DNA of 64,000 nucleotides from an uncultured cyanobacterium (GTDB lineage Bacteria; Cyanobacteriota; Cyanobacteriia; Cyanobacteriales; CAWCAG01): NCBI GenBank assembly GCA_963803805.1, contig CAWDOD010000008.1, positions 85,621 to 149,620 of the forward strand, read 5' to 3'. Shown piece by piece: positions 60,390 to 64,000 of this stretch (position 1 is its first letter; each line of letters starts with the position of its first letter). The notes under the pieces were generated by a model. It saw only the letters and a program-made list of their open reading frames with translations, ran no database searches and was not told where the DNA came from. The position numbers and the translations under genes were made by a program.

Positions 60390-60441
60390 AACAAGGGAGT
60401 GATTAAGCAGGGAATGAGAATTAAATCCCTACTCCCATTGA

Positions 60442-60651
60442 TTAAATACCGGGAATTTCTGAGAGTTTGCTTTCTAATTCCTCAACTTGAAAACCTGTTA
60501 CTTCCTGCCATTCTTCTACGGTAAATTCATAGCCTAGTTGACTTGCCATCTCGACAAATTTCTCTGGATTGGGGGCTTGGTTCAATTTTTCTTTGAGGGC
60601 AGGATCTGTTTGTGCATCCCGAAATAATTTCACAACTTGCTCTCTGGCCAT
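60442..60651 (-). CDS. Nif11-like leader-peptide family small protein
   Basis: Start MAREQVVKLF at 60651 after GAGAGGA; D..L.EKL......F...A...GYEFT.EE pattern; ends SEIPGI. Confidence 0.8.
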   Translation of the reverse strand: MAREQVVKLFRDAQTDPALKEKLNQAPNPEKFVEMASQLGYEFTVEEWQEVTGFQVEELESKLSEIPGI

Positions 60652-60828
60652 CTGATAAATTCCTCTCAACACTCTCGATAAAATTAAATTAACACAGTTA
60701 ATATTAAGACAATAGAGAAAATACCTGAATTGATTGGTAATTGACAACTATTCGACTTATTCTGGCTGTTAGAGGTATCACTAATAACTGTTCGGCTTGC
60801 CTTTGCTGTAAGCATCATTGGAAAATCT

Positions 60829-63193
60829 GTGGTTAAAAACGTCGGCAAAAATATTGGGCAAGAAATAGCTAGAAGGGAAGCTAGTCGAGTAACTAGTAGA
60901 ATTGTTTTTTCTCAAAAAGCGACTGCTTCTAACCTAACTTCTCGCTTCATTCCTACCAGGATGCGTTGGATTGTTCCTGTGGTACAGGAAAACTTGCAGT
61001 TAGTGAGAATTCCTGGTTGGGAAAAACTGCGGGCTAAACTTCCGGCAAGATTTAGGAAAAAAGATTTAGAGACAGAAACAGAAGAACTTTTAACTGAAGC
61101 AGAGGCCGTTCAGTCTTTCTCTGTAGCCCAAAAAATTGACCAAGTTTATCCCCAAGCTAGTTTACAAGCTACCTTACCTCCAGAAAGCCAGATAAGGGGT
61201 ATTCGTGCTACATATCAAATAGAACAGTTCCTAAATCATCGCGGTATGGGTCGTCTTTACTCAGCAACTCGTGTACCTGATGGACAGCCTTTTGTGGTTA
61301 AGGAATACTTGTTACCAGAAGAATATTTTAACCCCCCCGAAGCAAAAGCCCGTAAAGATTCCTTTCAAAGTCTTGCAGGGATAGATTTAGTTGATAACCG
61401 ACTCCATGATTATCGTCTCATTACTCCTGTTGAGGCGATCGCCGATTTTCATCAACCTCGTTGTTATTTAGTTAGCCCTAGTAATTTAGATGTTCATCCT
61501 AGCCTAATTAATTATTTGTATCTCAATGGGGCAATGACAGATAGGGAAGTGCATCAGTTACTTAATCAGGTTTTGCAAAGCTTGGAATGTTTACACTCTC
61601 AGAAGTTTCGCCTTCCTTCTGGGAAGGTACAGCAAGATATTTGCCACGGTAATCTTAATCTCAATAGTTTATTAATTGCACCAAATTTCCAAGGTTTTTA
61701 TGTTTATTTATGCGACTTTTCTCTGTGGGAAGATTGTTTTTATCCTCCTTTGAATACTGCCCCTATTTCTACCCAAGTTCAGGATTTAGCAGATTTAGGT
61801 TATGTCGCCTATCAATGCCTAGCTTGGAATTTGGTTACTCCGTCAAAAACCCTCGACCCCAGATTTGAACCCCATTGGCCCCGCGTTAGACCAGAGTTGA
61901 AGCATTTTATCCTCAGCCTGATGGGGATTGGGGCAGTACCTTTTGATAGTGCGGAGGCTGCCCGTAAACAACTGCTACGCATACCTTTAGATGGGCCACT
62001 TCCTGAGGTGGAATTTCAGGATATTGTAGAACAAGAGGAAGAACAGAAGCGTAAAAAGAAGTTAGGCAGAATATTACTACAACTACTTGGCTTAACCGGG
62101 GGCTTATTACTTTTTGGTTTTCTATTATGGTTAATTTTTGGTCGTGATCAAAGGGCAAGTTGCTACCCTTGATGAACCACAAATCTGTTGTATTGAGAAT
62201 ATTAAAGGTGTAACCCCCGGTGACTTTGTTTATACAGCAGAACAAAATAGTTCCTGGGATTATGCTTTTACTACTATTAACCTTATTCTTAGGGATAGAA
62301 CTTTAAAAGAAGAAATAGAAGAAAGCCAACCTAAGTTAGATTGGTTATATCGCCCGGAACCTTCTAGCCCTCAAGTTCAAGCAGAAATGGAACAGAAGCT
62401 ACGGGGCGGAGAAGTTGATTTTTTAATCGCCAGTATTACTAGTTCTGTAGATGCTGATTTACACGCAGAAACTATCGCCTATGATGGCTTAGTCTTTTTT
62501 GTCGCTTTTAGTTCTGCCCAAAGAGAAAATAGCCTCCCCCAAGCTTTACAAGGAAGTATTAACTTTGAACAATTGCGTCAGCTTTATACAGGAAAAATTA
62601 GTAGTTGGAAAGAATTAGATAGTCGCTTTCCTTCTTTACCCATAAAACTCTACATACCCTTAGAAAAAGAAGCAAGGGATATTTTTGAAAAACAGGTACT
62701 CAAAAACCCTCAAGCTATTTCTCAATTCCGAGATTTAATTAAGTCTCAAAATCAACGCCGTTCCTTCGCTAGTAACCCAGAAATTCTTCCCCTACAAACC
62801 TTTGAAATGCTAAGAAGTGTCTATGGAGATTTTGAAAAGACAGCCACCGGAAGCATTGGTTTTGCCCCCATTAGTAAGGTGGTAGGACAATGTAGCGTCT
62901 ATCCTTTAGCCCTAAAAGATGGTCAAGAAGCAGCAGTTTCTCCCCTGAAGAAAAGAAATAACCAACCTGTAACCCCACAAACAGATTTATGTGATCAAAA
63001 AGGTAGTTATGCACCTAATGCCGAACAGATTGCTAACCAAGAATATCCTTTGGCTTATTCGGTGGCAGTTATTTATCCCAGAGATAATAGTAGAGAGGCA
63101 GTAGGAGAAAAATTTGCAGCGATTATGAAAACCAAAGAAGCACAAGATTTGTTAGAAAAAACAGGTTTAGTGCCTTTAGAAGGTAAAGAGTAA
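60829..63193 (+). pseudogene. Degenerate kinase-TM-PstS/PBP-like substrate-binding fusion split by a frameshift near 62150
   Basis: ORF 60829..62172 (RGMGRLY, VVKEY, HGNL, CDF, TM) and ORF 62138..63193 (IAYDGLVFFV, QLRQLYTGKI..W, YPL....AVIY) join if one base is removed in caaagggcaag. Confidence 0.75.
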
Positions 63194-63662
63194 TTTGTAA
63201 ACTTCAGTTTTCTTTGGACAATAAACTATAAGTAATTGTTTGATTAGGGTGAGTTTTTGATTAAATGTTTTAAATTCAAACAACTTTACATTACCAAATT
63301 GTCAAGCCCAAAATATTGCGGCAAATGACGCATTTGTGTTGTTTGATGGTACAATTGGAAAATTCATACTGGTGTTCTTGTGTCTAAAAAGGGAAGAGAA
63401 GTATATACAGCCTTGATAACTCGTTGAAAAGGGGAGCTTTTTCGCTTTAAAAATTTCACTTTGCCAAGTTAGGAATCAACTATTTTTCAGGCAATTTTAA
63501 AAGTTTTTTTGACAGGCAAAAAGTTTAAAGTTATAATGAGAGCCTTTTTTTGTATAGAGATAAACTTCTAGTCAATTTAGAAAATGATTGAGATGAATCA
63601 CTATTAAGCTATTTCTTTCGTCGCTTACTTACTTAATAAATTCAGCACAGTTAACTCAATCA

Positions 63663-63818
63663 AGTAGGGTGTGTTAGTGCTATTAACAATTAGCTAGGTA
63701 AATCAGTAAAATGTAGTTCAGCACGTAACGCACCACATAGTGGGAGTTAGTGTGTTACGGCGGATAAGGAGTTTTTTGATTTAACCTCATTTGTAATAGC
63801 CGCCTAACACACCCTACT
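63663..63818. mobile_element. GTAG-type REPIN/MITE-like element
   Basis: Terminal inverted repeats agtagggtgtgttag (63663-63677) and ctaacacaccctact (63804-63818); inner inverted pair cgtaacgcac / gtgtgttacg. Confidence 0.75.
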
Positions 63819-63915
63819 AGAAAATCAATGGGAGACAAGTTTGCAGTAATTTTAAAAATTGAAGAAGCACAAGAATGGAAGTACTTTCAGAATAACCATT
63901 TAAACTACTTGTTAC

Positions 63916-64000
63916 TTATTCTCCTGTAGCTTCAGAAATTATATCCGTTGCTTCTTCCCCTTCAGTAGTCTCTTCTTCAAGGCTAGCTAAACTTCTAGGG
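63916..64000 (-). CDS. 3' end of an unidentified gene (acidic tail)
   Basis: Open frame from the window edge: PRSLASLEEETTEGEEATDIISEATGE*. Confidence 0.45.
   Translation of the reverse strand, partial: PRSLASLEEETTEGEEATDIISEATGE

Noticed and set aside
60442-60651. Nif11-like peptide as the YcaO substrate
   Set aside because: 35 kb away, no Cys, no GG-delimited core; the 215-aa protein is a better local candidate.
63200-63660. Possible gene remnant or sRNA in the AT-rich gap
   Set aside because: Only short open frames without convincing starts or motifs; no recognisable RNA structure.

Overview
AT-rich cyanobacterial chromosomal segment, recognised by abundant HIP1 GCGATCGC sites, heptameric STRR repeats and psbP, accD, ppk1 and CRR7 homologues. 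Housekeeping genes alternate with three accessory zones. (1) ~2.3-8 kb: class D beta-lactamase, Ser/Thr kinases (one with an in-frame core deletion), orphan XisI, a DUF5678-like gene with a truncated partner, a REP-like doublet and a Uma2 nuclease. (2) ~18.4-43.5 kb: a co-oriented signalling/RiPP-like island with a CheB-CheR-PAS-HK-REC hybrid, a frameshifted PatD-like E1-YcaO cyclodehydratase, an amidohydrolase, a nucleotidyltransferase carrying a 21-nt insertion in HIP1, an exported CxxCH protein, a 215-aa protein with NHLP-like leader motifs ending GG-SYLPPSLYIPIAAC, two mosaic kinase-AAA-GAF-HK giants, a receiver and an adenylate cyclase. (3) ~45-46.9 kb and ~55.5-60.4 kb: four related cassettes sharing a non-coding leader and an N-terminal/(I/V/L)QR-repeat module, with or without DUF4157, and with different C-terminal cargo (two unrelated putative Cys/His hydrolase domains, no cargo, or decayed); one is translationally coupled to a lipoprotein. 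Zone 3 (a candidate polymorphic effector-cassette system) and the putative YcaO precursor locus in zone 2 are the best candidates for undescribed systems. No rRNA, tRNA, CRISPR array or intact transposase was seen. Family assignments come from motif recognition by eye, not database searches.
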